From contig OX597820.1 of NCBI GenBank assembly GCA_951406725.2, positions 59,892,001 to 59,956,000 of the forward strand: a stretch of 64,000 nucleotides of DNA, read 5' to 3'. This DNA comes from Octopus vulgaris. Taxonomy: Eukaryota. Both the position numbers and the translations under genes were made by a program. Within the stretch, counting starts at the first letter, position 1. The number at the start of each line of letters is the position of its first letter. Below, piece by piece: positions 39,387 to 54,148 of this stretch. A model generated the notes under the pieces. It saw nothing but the letters and a program-made list of their open reading frames with translations, was not told the DNA's origin and made no database searches.

Positions 39387-39707
39387 CAGTGGTTCGCAAC
39401 CATTTTTTTGCCCATGGACCCCTTTGATTTGTTATTTCTTTACTGCCTACAAGGGACTAAACACAGAGGAGACAAACAAGGACAGACAAAAGGATTAAGT
39501 CGATTAGATCGACCCCAGTGCGTAATTGGTACTTAATCTATCGACCCCAAAAGGATGAAAGGCAAAGTCGACTTCGGCGGAATTTGAACTCAGAACGTAA
39601 CAGCAGACGAAATACCGCTAAGCATTTCGCCCGGCGTGCTAATGTTTCTGCCAGCTCGCCGCCTTTGATTTCTATGTTACTCTACTGGACCGCCATAGCC
39701 ATTTGAA

Positions 39708-39793
<86 letters not shown>

Positions 39794-40331
39794 CTGTAAT
39801 TTTATAATTAAATATTACTAGGAAGTGGCGGTGTGGAAAGTAGCTTGTTTACCAACCATATGGTTCCGGTTTCAGTCCCACTGCGTGGCACTTTGGGCAA
39901 GTGTCTTCTACTCTAGCCTCGGGCCGACCAAAGCCTTGTGAGTAGATTTGGTAGACGGAAACTGAAAGAAGCCTGTCGTATATATATGTGTGTGTGTTTC
40001 TGTGTCTGTGTTTGCTCCCCCCCAACATCGCTTGACAACGGATGCTGGTGTGTTTACGTCCCCGCAACTTAGCGGTTCGCCAAAAGAGAACCGATAGATT
40101 AAGTACTTGGCTTACGAAGAATAAGTCCTGGTGTCGATTTGCTCGACTAAAAGGCGGTACTCCAGCGCGGCCGCAGTCAAATGACTGAAACAAGTAAAAG
40201 AATAAGTATATAAAAATAACTAAAATATTTTGTGTATTGTTGAAGTAGCAGCAATCCATTGCTCATAGATTTTAATAAGAAATTTTATATGGCCCCGCAA
40301 GGGCCATGTGGGCCCCGGTCAAGAACCACTA
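39387..40331. mobile_element. hAT MITE with nested SINE A (39433-39665, -), (TA)n and SINE B (39822-40205, +)
   Basis: Ends CAGTGGTTCGCAACC and GGTCAAGAACCACTA; 8-bp TSD CACGAGGG / CACTAGGG. Confidence 0.8.
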
Positions 40332-42418
40332 CACTAGGGATGGTGAAGGGATAAAATCCACTGGCGATTGCTGCTTTAGGGCGGAATCAACAGGGTGTGG
40401 GAGCGAGTTTGTAGTGGTATGCATCGGAGTGTTGACTTTAAGCGAGGGAAAGACCTATCGACTCTGTGCGATCATACAACATCCAAGAAATAGAAGATAG
40501 CTTTTCCTCAGGCAATGCTCTGACGTCTTGAAATGAGCGGAACACATTAGATCATGTAATATCGTAGATTACGCACAAATTGAATAGACACAAATAGAAT
40601 GGAAAGTCCTTTATCTTTATAGTCACGATGCCTACAATGCTTTTGATCACACAACTGCTCTGTTAGAGTTGACCTGGGGTTATATCACAACTACAACATC
40701 ATATCTACATGTGTGTGTGTGAGGATGAGAGATTGAGAAAGTTGGTGAGTGGGAGAGTGAGAGAGAGAGGTGTATGTACGTGAAAATAGTTGCATGCGAG
40801 TGCGTATGCGTAAAAATGCATATAAGTATATATGTATACGTGTGTGTGTGTGTGTGTGTGACGAAATTCTTCTGTTGTAGTTGGAACTAGATGATTTAGA
40901 TGGAATATATTTATAGGCGGCTCCTAAAAGATCAAATAACAGAGATACAAGGATGGAAGGGAGGTTGTTATTGTTGTTGAACACCAAGTTATCTAAAGTC
41001 CAAAAGAGAAAACCTATGATCAAGATCAAAGGTAATTCTACACATGACTATCCCTGTCTATTTAGTGTTATATATGTAGGACTACATCATCCAATGTGAA
41101 CTTAAAGTCACATTTTAAAACGGTTTAGGTTTCCTTTGAAGGAGATTTGGCTGCGATTTCTAGCAGACCGATTGGCCACATAGATGGGTTGGCTTGTTGA
41201 GTTCCTCGGGTGAACTGATTTTATAAAGACTGTAAAGTGGCTCAGCGGTTAGCGTGTTCGGTAGAATGCTTTGCAGTGTTTGTTTCTATTCTGAGGTCAA
41301 ATCACACCTAGAATTTGCTTTATATGTTACTTGTTTTCATCATTGGGCTGCAACCATTCTAGGGCACCATCTTGAAGGGTTTCAGTTCAACGAATCGACC
41401 GTTGTTTCTTAAAACCTTTTTTAAAACCCTGGTTCTTATTCTACGAGGTCCACCGAGCCGCTAAGTTACGGGTTTGTAAACCAGCACCGGTTGTCAAGTG
41501 GTAGAAGGGACAAACACAAACACAAAGACATACGCATACGCACACACACATATATATAGACGACGGGCTTCCACGCAGTTTCCGTCTACAAAATTCACTC
41601 AAAAGGCTATGAGCTATTGAAGAAGACACTTGCCGCGGCTGGGACTAAACCTGAAACTATGTGGTGGCAAAGCTAGGTTGTTAAATACACTAAGTTTCAA
41701 AATATTAAAAACTTCTTAATCTTATTAAGTATAACAATTTGTCTTCTCGCTTTTCAAACCTTACAAACTCATTCACTCAGAAGGGCTGCCCCCCAGCCAG
41801 CAAAAGAAATATGAGGTGAGCTCTGAATGAACAGTTATATATCACGGTCAAAAGCACTTACAGCTTTGACCATTCCATCATTCCAAGTTGTTTGTCCGTG
41901 ACTATGTGATCATATCTCCGTTCTTCTCTGAAGACATGAATTGAGGAGGATGAGAACTGGACTGTTTCTAGCTGGTTAGATATACGTATACTTAAATCCC
42001 TGCTTTGCAAAGTGGGCCAAACAGTCATCCCCACCTATTGTAGGGTTAGCGAAAATTTTGATATAGGATCTAGGCACAAAAGTTGCCGTAGGGGATGATG
42101 GAAGCATCCGTACAAACTTTTAGTCTTCGTCTTCTATTTAAATATTTACTCTAAAAATGGTTTTAATGTAATATTAACCCTTAGCCTGTCCCTTTGTATA
42201 GCATGTGATACACAGGCGTCCATATATTTTACATGATACACATTCCCTATTTTTTCTATCACCTGAGTAACTTTGGACCTACGAAAGGAAAGTTTTATTA
42301 TTACTCGGAATATATAAAACATGGATTAACTAAAAGTCTAAACACAAACAAAGACGTTTTGGACAGACAAAGGGTTGAGATAAGCCTCTTGTCAGCCTCA
42401 ACCGCAATAACTGCAACA

Positions 42419-42967
42419 TCTATTATATAAAGTCCGTTCTGTCTGTCTCTGTGTGTCTTCTAGGATCTCGGGCATCCTCCACCCGATTGCGCTCAAATTT
42501 GATATGTAGATACCGACGGTATCAGGGCGTGTATAAGTCTTGAAAAAATTACAAAAATCGATTCCAGGTGAGAATGCGATCGATAAAGCCGTTTTTGTCC
42601 TGCTTTTCTTCCGTCAACCTGTACATAACTGCACCTTCCATTTTTTGTTGTTTTTGTACTGCTTAAGGCACGTTTCTTTCCTGCCAAGCTTACTGTTTAA
42701 ACCATGTTTGTGTTCTCCCAGTCAACAGCCTTATCATTACTGGTACTTTAAACTCTTCGGTTGCATATTTGAGTGAATAATACCATTTTTCTTTGGAATA
42801 GAAAAAAGTCTCTTTATTTCTTCTTTTGCTGGTGTCTCAAATTTAGGTTAAATCAGTGTTTCTCAAAGGGGGGGCCTATGGGACGGTCGGACAAGTTGTT
42901 TTGAGAAAATTTGGCTTAAATGTTTGACAACTCAGCACCGTCCATTGGACGGGGGGCGTTTTGCTCG
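42419..42967 (+). mobile_element. Non-autonomous Helitron
   Basis: 5' A|TCTATTATATAAA, 3' hairpin CCGTCCA-T-TGGACGG (42938-42952), then CTCG|T as a variant of the CTRR terminus. Confidence 0.75.
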
Positions 42968-43946
42968 TCAGTAATAACAGACTTCGAAATGTGAATAAGC
43001 AAATAAACGTAACCTAATATAATATGCCACCTATGTATGTAAAGTATAATTTAAGAGACACCTTTAGAATTTGTAGTCATTTCCATTCATGCAATAAAGA
43101 TGGTCGCTGCACGTGTAGCGTAAGGTAACGTGACCGACTCGTTTTTAATTTTTATTATTTTTAGGCATAGTTTATCGTAGATTACATGTTCTAAGTTCTT
43201 TTTCTTTATAGGTGGTAATGTAATTTGAAAAAAAATTAACTGCTATTTTCAGGAAGCCTACTGACTTCGTAGAAGTTCACTAATTGCTGTTGTTATTGTT
43301 GTTGTGGCTCAAACTCAGGCCATCAATGAAATCATTTAACGTTTCAGCGACTACAGCGACCAGAATCTTTTTTTTATATTTCAGATTAAAGGTGTGATTT
43401 GAGGAAGAATTTGGTTGTAATTTCTGGCAAGTCAAGCAACTACGAAGGGGTTCCCTCCTTGGCTATTATAATAGGTCTGTTATTGTTGTTATTGTTCTTG
43501 TTGTTGTTGTTCTTGATATCATTTTTTAGCCGCAGGTCTGTTATTGTTGTTATTGTTCTTGTTGTTGTTGTTCTTGATATCATTTTTTAGCCCCAGGTCA
43601 GCTCTCACTGTGTAGACATATGATCAAAGGCGTTCCGGTCATAACCATCCGGTTCCTCTCTTGGGAATTACATATCGAGGACTATTACACATCTAGGACT
43701 ATATTATCTAATGTGAGTACAATCCATCGCAACCATTTCTGCGTAAGATTTGAGGTAAAATTAGCTGCTATTTCTAGGCACACTGTTGTCCTTACTATTG
43801 CTGCCGTTGTTGCTGGTAGCGGTGATGGTGGCGGAGTTGCCCTTCATTTTTCCTTATCGTTGTTTATGGCTTTCTGGTTGCCGTTACTTCTATACTGCTC
43901 GTTGTTGTTGTCTATGTTGTTGTTGATGATGATGATGATACTTCGG

Positions 43947-43989
<43 letters not shown>

Positions 43990-44211
43990 CCCTTGTTGGT
44001 GTTGCTGTTTGTTAACGATATGTGGTGAGAGGCGAGGTAACTTGGAATTCTGTTGAAGCCCACCCATGTTGAAGACATCCCGAAGTTAAACGTCAGTAGC
44101 GTGGTTGTGAGGTGAAGAATGTGTTACATCCTAAATCTCAAAACTGGCAGAGAGGCGGGGAACGGAGAGACGGGAAGATTAGCAAACATTGCAGATAGAA
44201 AAAAAAGGACG

Positions 44212-44258
<47 letters not shown>

Positions 44259-45901
44259 GAGAATACTGTGAAAGACAGACAGGCAAAGACTGAGAAGGAC
44301 AGAAAGAGAGAGGGTAAGAGAGAAACAGAGAGGGAGAGGGGGGAAGACAGAGAAACAGAGAGAGAGAGGGGGGAGACAGAGAAACAGAGAGAGAGAGAGA
44401 GAGGGGGGAAGACAGAGAAACAGCGAGACAGACAAACAGGCAGAAAAAGAGAAAGAAGGAGAGAGAAAACTAAATAGCGGAGAGGAGAGAGAAAAGAGAG
44501 AGGGAGACAAAGAGACAGGCAAACATAGGCAGACGAAGAGAGAGAGAGAGAGAACTAGATAATGGAGAGGGAAGAGAGAGAGAGAGAGAGAGAACTAGAT
44601 AGCGGAGAGGAGAGAGAGAGAGGGGAGACAGAGAGACAAACAGACAGACAGACAGAGAAAGAGAAAGAGTGAGAGAGAGAGAGAGAGAGAGAGAGGACTT
44701 GATAGTGGGGAGAAGAAAGAGACAAGAAAGAGTAAAAGGTGGCCAGGCGATGGACAGAAAGACAGTGTGAGTATGTGTACACGAGTCTGTGTGTGCACGC
44801 GCTTGTGTGTGTGTGTATACGTGTATGTGTGTGTACACGTGTGTGCAAGAAGAAAGAGAGAGAGGGAGAGAGGGATGACGAATAAAGAACAGAACGGTAG
44901 GAAAAACAGACGTACAAAATATATAAATTATTTTATTAACATACTTGTTTTCATAATTTGTATTGAAAGATATGTCCTCTCGGCCTCGCTGTTGAAAGTG
45001 AACCAAGTGGTTACATACATCATACATTTCCACCTATCGGCGAGCAGAAAGATGTGGGTTCGATCCAAGCTGTTTCTAGTCTCATTAGACCCTCATTAGG
45101 CAAAGAATACCTATCTTCTATCCACAGAGAAATTTGTAGCTTATGGCTATCTATAATGTATAAAGGCCAGAACTCTTATCTCTCTCTCTTTCTCTCCCTC
45201 TCTATTTCTCCCTCTCTTTCTTTCTTCCTTTTTTTCTTTCTTGCGCATACATACACAAGTATGCACATACGCACACATACACACTGTCTTCAGTCTCTTT
45301 GCCTGAGTTCCAACTCCTTTCTTGTGTCTTTTCCCTTCTCTTCTATCTCGTCCTCTCTCTCTCTCTCTCTCTTTCTCTTTCTCTCTCTCTTTTTCCCTCT
45401 CTTTCTTTCCCTCTCACTATTCTTTCCTCCTTCTTTGCAGCTTACACATAAACTGCACAACTGGCCAAACAAAATTTGCATAACAGTACACATGCTGACA
45501 GCGTTAATGAATTAAATCATTCATCGTGCACTACCTACTTGTACATGCTGATATGTAAGTTATACTTGTTTAAAATTAGACATAATCTACAAAAAAATCA
45601 ATGGCTATAAGTTATTCCAGTGTCTATAAATGTTTTCAATACATTCAATTATGCAAATTAGACTGACCAATTTAGTGGAGTCCTAGACTATATACCTTAT
45701 AAATAGCTATAAGCTACAAATCTCTTCATGAATAGAAGATGGATATTCTTTCTCTGATGAACACCGAAGAAAACTTGTAACATTAATCCCATTTTCTACC
45801 ACAGAATGACAAACTTTTTGGACTTACGACACCTTTACATAATTGCAACGAGATATACATATATACATATATACATACATACATATATACATACATACAT
45901 A

Positions 45902-45947
<46 letters not shown>

Positions 45948-46073
45948 TATGTTATTGCTGTCATAAAGGCAGCGTTTAACTTTTTTGTATCGAAAGAGTG
46001 CTTTAATCAAATATCTATACGTTATTATTTATAGCTTTATCTGCTTCGAAATCCCAAAAAGAATTATTTCATA

Positions 46074-47015
46074 CTAGCAGGACCCGTGAATATTTCACGG
46101 AATTAATGGTAAACCTATTGGGTTATTTCTGAAAACTTTATCCCCAAAACCTGAAAGCGTAGCCTGTGTTCTGTCTGTATGGAAAGATAGTTGTTCATCT
46201 GCTACTCATTGAAATGGTGAAAGAAATTGGAATACGATGACTACTTAATGCAGTTTATATATATACTTTATATACTTTATGTACACTTCTATAGACTTAA
46301 TACGCAGCACTCACAAAATAAATATCCACTCTTATTTTTCCATTTTCGCCATAAACAAAAAAATAATCCCGTACATATGATACAACCTTTAGCTAAATTG
46401 CATGTATCTGCTACGTAATTAAGCGTGAATATTTCACAGAATTGCACTTATGTACATGCGTTAAGTGATAGGTGATATAAAAATACTTAATTCAATTTCA
46501 ATAATGCACTTTTCGCAATCCAATCTCTCTCCTTTTTCTTTCTCCTTTCTTTCCTTTCAACTAATCATGTGAAAGAGTTACAATTACATTCCCTGTGCCT
46601 CACGTCATGGACGCTTTTCTCTCCATCTTTTTCTCCCTCCTTTTTTCTCTCTCTCTATTTTCTTTCTCCCTCTTTTTTCTAATCACGTGAAAGCGTTGCC
46701 GTTGGGCTAAGTAACGCAATGACAAGCAGAATTACCACAAGATTCTCGAAGATTATAAATTCTTACGACGTCAACAACAGACAATCCTCACTGGTGAGAA
46801 AAGAGCTCCTAAACTAGATAAAGAATTTCGAGGGACTGCTTTGGTCTAATGGTAGAACACATGTCATGTTTACAGGTGTGGATTCGTGTCTCATGGGCAG
46901 ACTTCGGCTTTTTCTAACCAAAGGGTTTCTCAACTCAATATTTACATGTTATATTTATATCTTTATTTGCTTCCAGAGACGCCGTTCCTAAAAAGAATAT
47001 ATAATATATATATAT
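46074..47015 (-). mobile_element. Non-autonomous Helitron containing a tRNA-like cassette
   Basis: CTAG at 46074-46077 next to the hairpin CCGTGAA-TAT-TTCACGG (46084-46100); the 5' end is approximate. Confidence 0.6.
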
Positions 47016-47684
47016 TTAGTCGATTTCGCTTAATTTCATACGGGATAATTACTTAACTTTCGAAAGTTTGTAAGATGTTAATCTATGTAAAAGAAGTGAG
47101 ACAAAATGAGTCACATATATTCAGTTATTTCAATGAATTAAAGATTATCGGAATTTAGATTTCAGTGTCTTTTTATCTTCTTTTTTTTATTGTGTTATAA
47201 AATTCTTAAAAACAATAAATCTTCTTGGTAAATAAGTTTTGCAGAAAGTTAGTTTTGAACCAAACAGTGAATGGACTTTATTCTGTTGTTCTCATTATCG
47301 TCTTCATTAACCTGTGATTGATTCGATTAATTTATTTTCTTAATCTGCGTTAACTAAGTTATTAGCATAAAGTAATTTAAAGTATGCGACAGTTATTGTT
47401 GGGATATTCTGGCTAAGCTCGGGCAATTGAAGAAGGGCGGTAAAAACCTTCTAGGGAATTATAAAACCTCCTTGAATGTTACCGCTATGCAATCCAGGAG
47501 CAATAAGTCTCCACCAAAGTTTTTATTTATTTATTTATTTACAGAAAAAACAAAAAAACTAGTTTCGCCATTCCATAACAAAACCATTGTACTATACTTT
47601 GACAATTTTTGATATCTTGGCATCTGAAGCAGCTGGTGATACGACAATTTGACCAAAAGAAACGGCTATTGCAAGCAAAAATAA

Positions 47685-47903
47685 ATATTCTTTCCTACTC
47701 TAGGCACAAGGCCGGAAACTTTTGGGGAAGGGGCCAGTCGATTAGATCGACCTCAGTACGCAACTGGTACTTAATTTATCGACCCAGAAAAGATGAAAGG
47801 CAAAGTCGACCTCGGCGGAATTTGAACTCGGAACATAAAGATAGACGAAATACCGCTAAGTATTTCGCCCGGTGTGCTAAAATTTCTACCAGCTCGCCGC
47901 CTT
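47685..47903 (-). mobile_element. SINE family A, tail type 2
   Basis: Full head-to-tail match to 56994-57206. Confidence 0.85.
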
Positions 47904-48002
47904 AAGCAAAAAGTAAATATTGAAAAAAAACGTATTTGGCAAAAATTGGACATACGATGGTTTAATATAATAGCAACGATATATATACAAGATGATGCCA
48001 AG

Positions 48003-48075
<73 letters not shown>

Positions 48076-48281
48076 CACGCATGCACATGCACACACATAC
48101 ACACATATACATACATACAAACATACATGTATACAAACATATGTACATGCATGCATACATACATACATACATACAGACAAACAGACGCGTGTATTTGTAT
48201 GTAAGCGTATTTCTATGCACTCATTTCAGTGCAGTAAAACAACACCAAGTATACCTCTGTAAAATGATAATACACACACAG

Positions 48282-48371
<90 letters not shown>

Positions 48372-48889
48372 TGCTTAGACAGCCAGCCGTAATTTACTAT
48401 TCATTCATATTGGTTCTATCAATTAGCTAAAGTGTTAGATTCCAAAACTACCTACCACTTTATAAATACATATGTCTACACTCAAGCACACACATATTTG
48501 TGTAATCTGTGTGTGAGGGAATCTATAAACAATATTAATGACATATTTATACACATTATGCATATATATACATATTTACATATACGCATTGCGCACATGT
48601 TTACACATAAACTTGCATGCATACATACACACGCATCTGTGTATGTATGTTATGTATGTATGTTATGTATGTATGTTATGTATGTATGTATGTATGTATG
48701 TATGTATGTTATGTATGTATGTATACGCATATAAAATTAAAGTCTGTTTCGAGCCTATAGATCCCTTAGGCTAGAGCTTGTCTCGGTTTCCGTGACGTTT
48801 AAGCAATTGAGATAATGAAATTCTTCCCTGAATAGGTCGCCAATCTGTCGCAGAAAGAATTTTAAAGATACCAAGCTACCAATACGGCT

Positions 48890-49900
48890 TTGTAAAGAGA
48901 ATGTACATCTCGTAGATGAATTACTGAAGGACATATTACTCAATTCCACGAATGTGAAACTAGGTAATATGCCTCCCTAGCGTTGCCTAGAACTGTTCAA
49001 GATATCGAAAAATCCTAGGTATCTGTTCAAAAATGGCCTGTCACATTGGAGAGCACAGTTGCTACTGGGTGGGGAAAATTTATCGGTTGCAGAGATTAAA
49101 AGATGAATCTTTCAAAGGGACAGTCCTTTTTCTATTTTGCATGTAAATAACATTGATCCCTTTGTCAACCATTCTAAACAAAGAATGGTGTTCACCGGCA
49201 AAGAATAAGAAAGTAAATCATCTCCTGGACATAGATAATTTCAAGCTCTATAACAAGGAAATGAATCATCTGGATTCTTTGTTGCAAACAGTACGAATAC
49301 TTAGTTGTGACAAGTTGATGGTATCCGATATCGAGAAATATATTATGACGGAGAAGAAGAGTTGGAAACTCATAAAAGTTCTGGAATGGATTTTACTTGA
49401 ACGTGATAATATCAAGTCCATTAATCTCTGTGGAAATATATAAGTACCTGGGAATACTTGTAAGTGATAAAAATTGAAGATATAAAAAAGAAGAAATGAA
49501 ATATTCCAAATTCTAAACAGAGAACATTATATAACTAAACTTAAGGACAATAGCACTAAACTTAAGGACAATAAGACCCGGGGCAGGAGTTAACGGAACA
49601 GTATCGACAAGCAAAGCTGTTCAGCGGCTCACAGCACACAGAAGCTTGTACCTCCACCCCTCCATTAGATGTAGATTTTATACAGTTAAAGAACAGGAAA
49701 AAGATGTTGATGATTATTGAAGAGGTGGTAGATCTAGCGGAAACAAAATAAGGTTTCGACCAAGAAGTAAAAAAAAAAAATGTTCTCCTTGAGAAGGGAA
49801 TAAACGAATGACTATTTATTACAGAGTTAATTGACTCCAAAAAAAGAAAAAAATATACAGAAAAGTGTGGGAAAAAGAGATTCAGTGGTTCAGTTTTTTT
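48890..49900 (+). pseudogene. Decayed RT of an R4/Dong-like (RLE-type) non-LTR retrotransposon
   Basis: IFQRDS, LIPLSTIL, VNHLLDIDNFKLY, LDSLLQTVRILSCD and YKYLGIL match the GIFQGDS / NHLLFMDDLKLY / YKYLG pattern; many stops and frameshifts. Confidence 0.7.
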
Positions 49901-50342
49901 TTTCGAAAAACAATAAGTATAAAGGATGACAATAACTGATGGCTTTGATTACAGAAAGAAACCGAGGAGTTGATTTTGGCATCGTGGGGATATATTCTAA
50001 GTGTAAATTGCACCAAGCGAATGATATACTCGTATACGCTGTACTGTTTACCCAAAAGCTAAATGTGTGCTGAAGCACTCGAAACTGTAGCTCGGAATAA
50101 ATACAAAATCTATATACATGACAAACTTGCAGCAACAATCATTAGTTCGGTTTTGTTTGCACAGAAACGAGCTACGACCATTTTGTGAGGATAGAACTGA
50201 AAGCTTTCGAAAACGATGAAGTGAAGTTGCTTTGGGACTTTCCCAGGTGTTCTTTTGAAGTTTATAAATTCTTATGACGTCAACAACAAACAATTCTCGC
50301 TGATAAGAATAAAGCTTCAAAAACGGATACAGAAATTTGAAG

Positions 50343-50414
50343 GGTCACTGAGGTCCAATGGAAGAACGCCTACCATGTGTACAAGAGGTGTGGGTTCGGA
50401 TCCCACAGGTAGCC
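50343..50414 (+). other. tRNA-like cassette inside a repeat shared with 46680-46975
   Basis: A-box-like AGGTCCAATGG and a perfect T arm GTGGG-TTCGGAT-CCCAC; flanks homologous to the cassette at 46833-46903. Confidence 0.55.
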
Positions 50415-50707
50415 TTCGACATTTCTACTGAAGGGTTTTAACCCAATGTTTGCACACTATTATTTATAGCTTTATTTGCTTCGAGATCCACAATTTGTTT
50501 ATGTTTCCGTAAAAAAAAAAGAAGAGAGGTCGATAGAATAAGTACCAAACTCGAAATAAGTCCTGGGGTCGATTTGATGAACTAAATCTTTTGCAATTAT
50601 GCCCCAGCATGACCGCAATCAAATGACTTAGACGAATTTAAGAATAAAAGAATATATATAAAATTAGATAGCTTTGGGCCGTTATTAGCCCATGCCTTGT
50701 CCAATTT

Positions 50708-50780
<73 letters not shown>

Positions 50781-51867
50781 TTGCATATATACACTCATAC
50801 ACATACAGAGAGAGAGAGTGCGTGGGTGATAGATTGTGTTTGTGTGTGTGTGTATAACTGTATACAACTACATTATTCAGACTTAACACTCAGCCATGTT
50901 TTAGTAATATCCATGCTTCCAATTAGCCACATTTGACAGTATACAAAAGTGGGAGCCATGGATGGGTGGGTAGGCTTCTTCAGCTTCTGGTGGTCTTTCC
51001 AGTTGCCACTTAATTGAATCAGACGCCAAATTAGCTCTAATAGAATTACACATGTGTGTAACAGAATCTTCTGATGAGACAAGTTTGAATGTCTTAAGTA
51101 ATGTGTCAGCGGAGATACCAGCTCGCGCACAGACACACATATACACATACGCTCATACATAAATACTCACAAACAAGCAAGCACATACACACACATACAA
51201 ACATACAGAGAGACACACAAACACATACATACATACATACATGCATACATACACAACTTTTCTCCTTTTCTCTCTCATTGACCTCTCCTCTCTTTCTTTA
51301 GCTCTTTTTCGTTTTTCACTTTGTCATTCATTCATTTTCTCGCCAAACACACACACACACACACACAACACAAATACATACACACAGACACACATATTTA
51401 TATATAGACATACATGTATATGCTCATATACTTATACCTATCCATATAAATACATACATGCAAGCATACAATATATTCTATCTGTAGCTGTTTCGGTTTT
51501 TGTTTTGCTTGTTTTGCCGGCCATCCCTGAGGTTGCATTATGTTTTATGCATTTTACATTGCTGGTTTCATGGGAATTTTCGCAATAGGAGCCAAGGAGC
51601 CTATAATCCTACTAAGGCACTTATTCTTATCATCAGGTTATTCTTTCTCTTTTTCATTTATTTGTTTCAGTCATTTGACTGCGGCCATGCTGGAGCACCG
51701 CCTTTAGTCGAGCAGATCGACCCCAGGACTTATTCTTTGTAAGGCTAGTACTTATTCTATCGAACCGCTAAGTGACGGTGACGTAAACACACCAGCATCG
51801 GTTGTCAAGCGATGTTGGGGGGACAAACACAGACACACAAACATACACATACACACAAACACCCCCC

Positions 51868-51915
<48 letters not shown>

Positions 51916-52491
51916 ACAGGCTTCTTTCAGTTTCCGTCTACCAAATCCACTCACAAGGCTTTGGTCTGCCCGAGGCTATAGTGGAAGACACTTGCCCAAG
52001 GTACCACGCAGTGGGACTAAACCCGGAACCATGTTGTTAGTAACCAAGCTTCTTACCACACATATCAAAATAGAAGCATAAACCAAAATTAGAGGATGTA
52101 AACATTGCTGAGCCATGAGATGAAGTGAAACCTTCCACTTTGAATGGTATTTGAGAAATATATGGTCAAGCTGTTTCCTTGACTTTACAAGTTTTTTCAC
52201 AAGAAGAAAGTCTGCATCAAATTCGGAAAGATCTTGTGACACTCGCAAATGATGTGGGGTTTTTAGGAATCAAAGAAGATTATATGATTTAATTTGCTAA
52301 TATCACAAAGAGAAAGTTTATCTAACTAGGAGCTAATGCTGTTTGAACATGAACAAGCTGAGGATACAGATAGAAATAAGAAAATTTCATCAACTCCACT
52401 TAGAGAGTATTCCTAAATGTTTAGCACTTACAACTCCACTTCAACTCTACTGCAAAGAATATTCTTAAATGTCTGGCACTTACAAAGAATA

Positions 52492-53181
52492 CCGTAAATC
52501 CTCGAGTATAGTCTGCCCTTGAGTATAATACGCAGGCGATTTTTAGGGGGCTGTACCGCTGAAAAACATAAGCCTTGCGTATAATACGCACCCCTTCTCT
52601 AACTTGAGTCAAGGAGGTCTATATAACGTCCTTGATTTGTAAAAATGTATACGGTAACGTCCTTTATTATTATTGTATATATAACATAATGCAAACGTGT
52701 AGCTTATTTGTGCATTTTGTTTGCAGAAAATAAAGAAATAACAGTAATAACGTTTAATAAATGTTGCTTACTGCAAATTATGGATTACGCACCCCTTCTC
52801 TAACTTGAGTCAAGGAGGTCTATATAACGTCCTTGGTTTGTAAAAATGTATACGGTAACGTCCTTCATTATTATTGTATATATAACATAATGCAAACGTG
52901 TAGCTTTTTTGTGCATTTTGTTTGCAGAAAATAAAGAAATAACAGTAATAACATTTAATAAATGTTGCTTACTGCAAATTATGGATTATTCTTTTATGAC
53001 TTCATAGCTTAAGGTATTTTCGCGCCCGACATCACAAAATGCGTCTGAATAAACATTGCCGGACAGCAAATAGAGACTCGGACATTGCTTAGAAAACATT
53101 TTTCATTTTTAACCTCGTATATAGTACGCACTAGGAATTTTGACCTTTAAATTTTGGGAAAAAAATGCGGATTATACTCGA
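52492..53181. mobile_element. pogo/Tigger-like MITE with an internal 201-bp tandem duplication
   Basis: TA-CCGTAAATCCTCGAGTATAGTCTGC ... GCGGATTATACTCGA (right TIR truncated); 52585-52785 is repeated at 52786-52987. Confidence 0.8.
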
Positions 53182-54148
53182 ACCCTATTCATGAGCTTAA
53201 CATAAAAATTAGAAGAGTTTACTATGACCTGATTTTCTCTACTGAGCGGTACAGCTGCTCAAATAGATGCTGATGAAGATGAACCGTAAGACAAATGATA
53301 GTGTCCTTCATCTATCTTCCCTGTAATTCTCATTTAGTCCCCCCACCAACAAAAGTTAACATGTTTTAGTGCAAGAACGCTCCCTCTTACGATGTTACGA
53401 TTCTAATTTATTCCCTAACGTATTTCTCTTCAAATGTTTTTATCTATACACATTGTACCTACTGCGTATGTTTAGAATTTGTTTATATGCATATAAGTGG
53501 TCGTATTGCTTGTTCTCTGTTTCAAGAAGAAAAAAATCCATCGGAACATGTTATCTATTTCAAACATGAAAATAAATGAAGAAAATTAATCTCGCGTTAT
53601 GGGGTTTTGCGTTACAACCAGATTTTCATGACGGCATTACTTCCTTAACGCGGACGTGTTACACACATACATATGTGTGTGTGTGTGTGTGTGTATCTTT
53701 TTTTTCCAGTCATTTGACTGTGGCCATACTGGGGCACAGCTTTGAAATTTTAGTCGAATGAATTGACTCCAGTACCATTTTTTTTTTCGTGTCTGGTACT
53801 GTATTGGATTCTTTTTCCGAACCGCTAAGTTACCGGGACGTAAACACGCCGGCTGCCGAGCAGGTGGGGGTGGCTCACAAACACAGACACAAAGACACAC
53901 ACACACACACACATACACGACTGGCTTTTTTCAGTTTCCGTCTACCAAATCCACTCACAAGACTTTGGTTGGCCCGAGGCTATAGTAGAAAACACTTGCC
54001 CAAGGTGTCGTGCAGTGGGACTGAACCCTGAAACATGTGGTTGGGAACCAAACTTCTTACAACACAGCCACGAGAGAGAGAGAGAGGGGGGAGGGGGAGA
54101 GAGAGAGTGTGTGTGTGTAAGAAACAAATGAAGTTGATTTATTTTATA

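Noticed and set aside
43770-44130. Possible minus-strand exon with poly-Q/H after a pyrimidine tract
   Set aside because: Low complexity, stop codons, and no recognisable domain or clear donor site.
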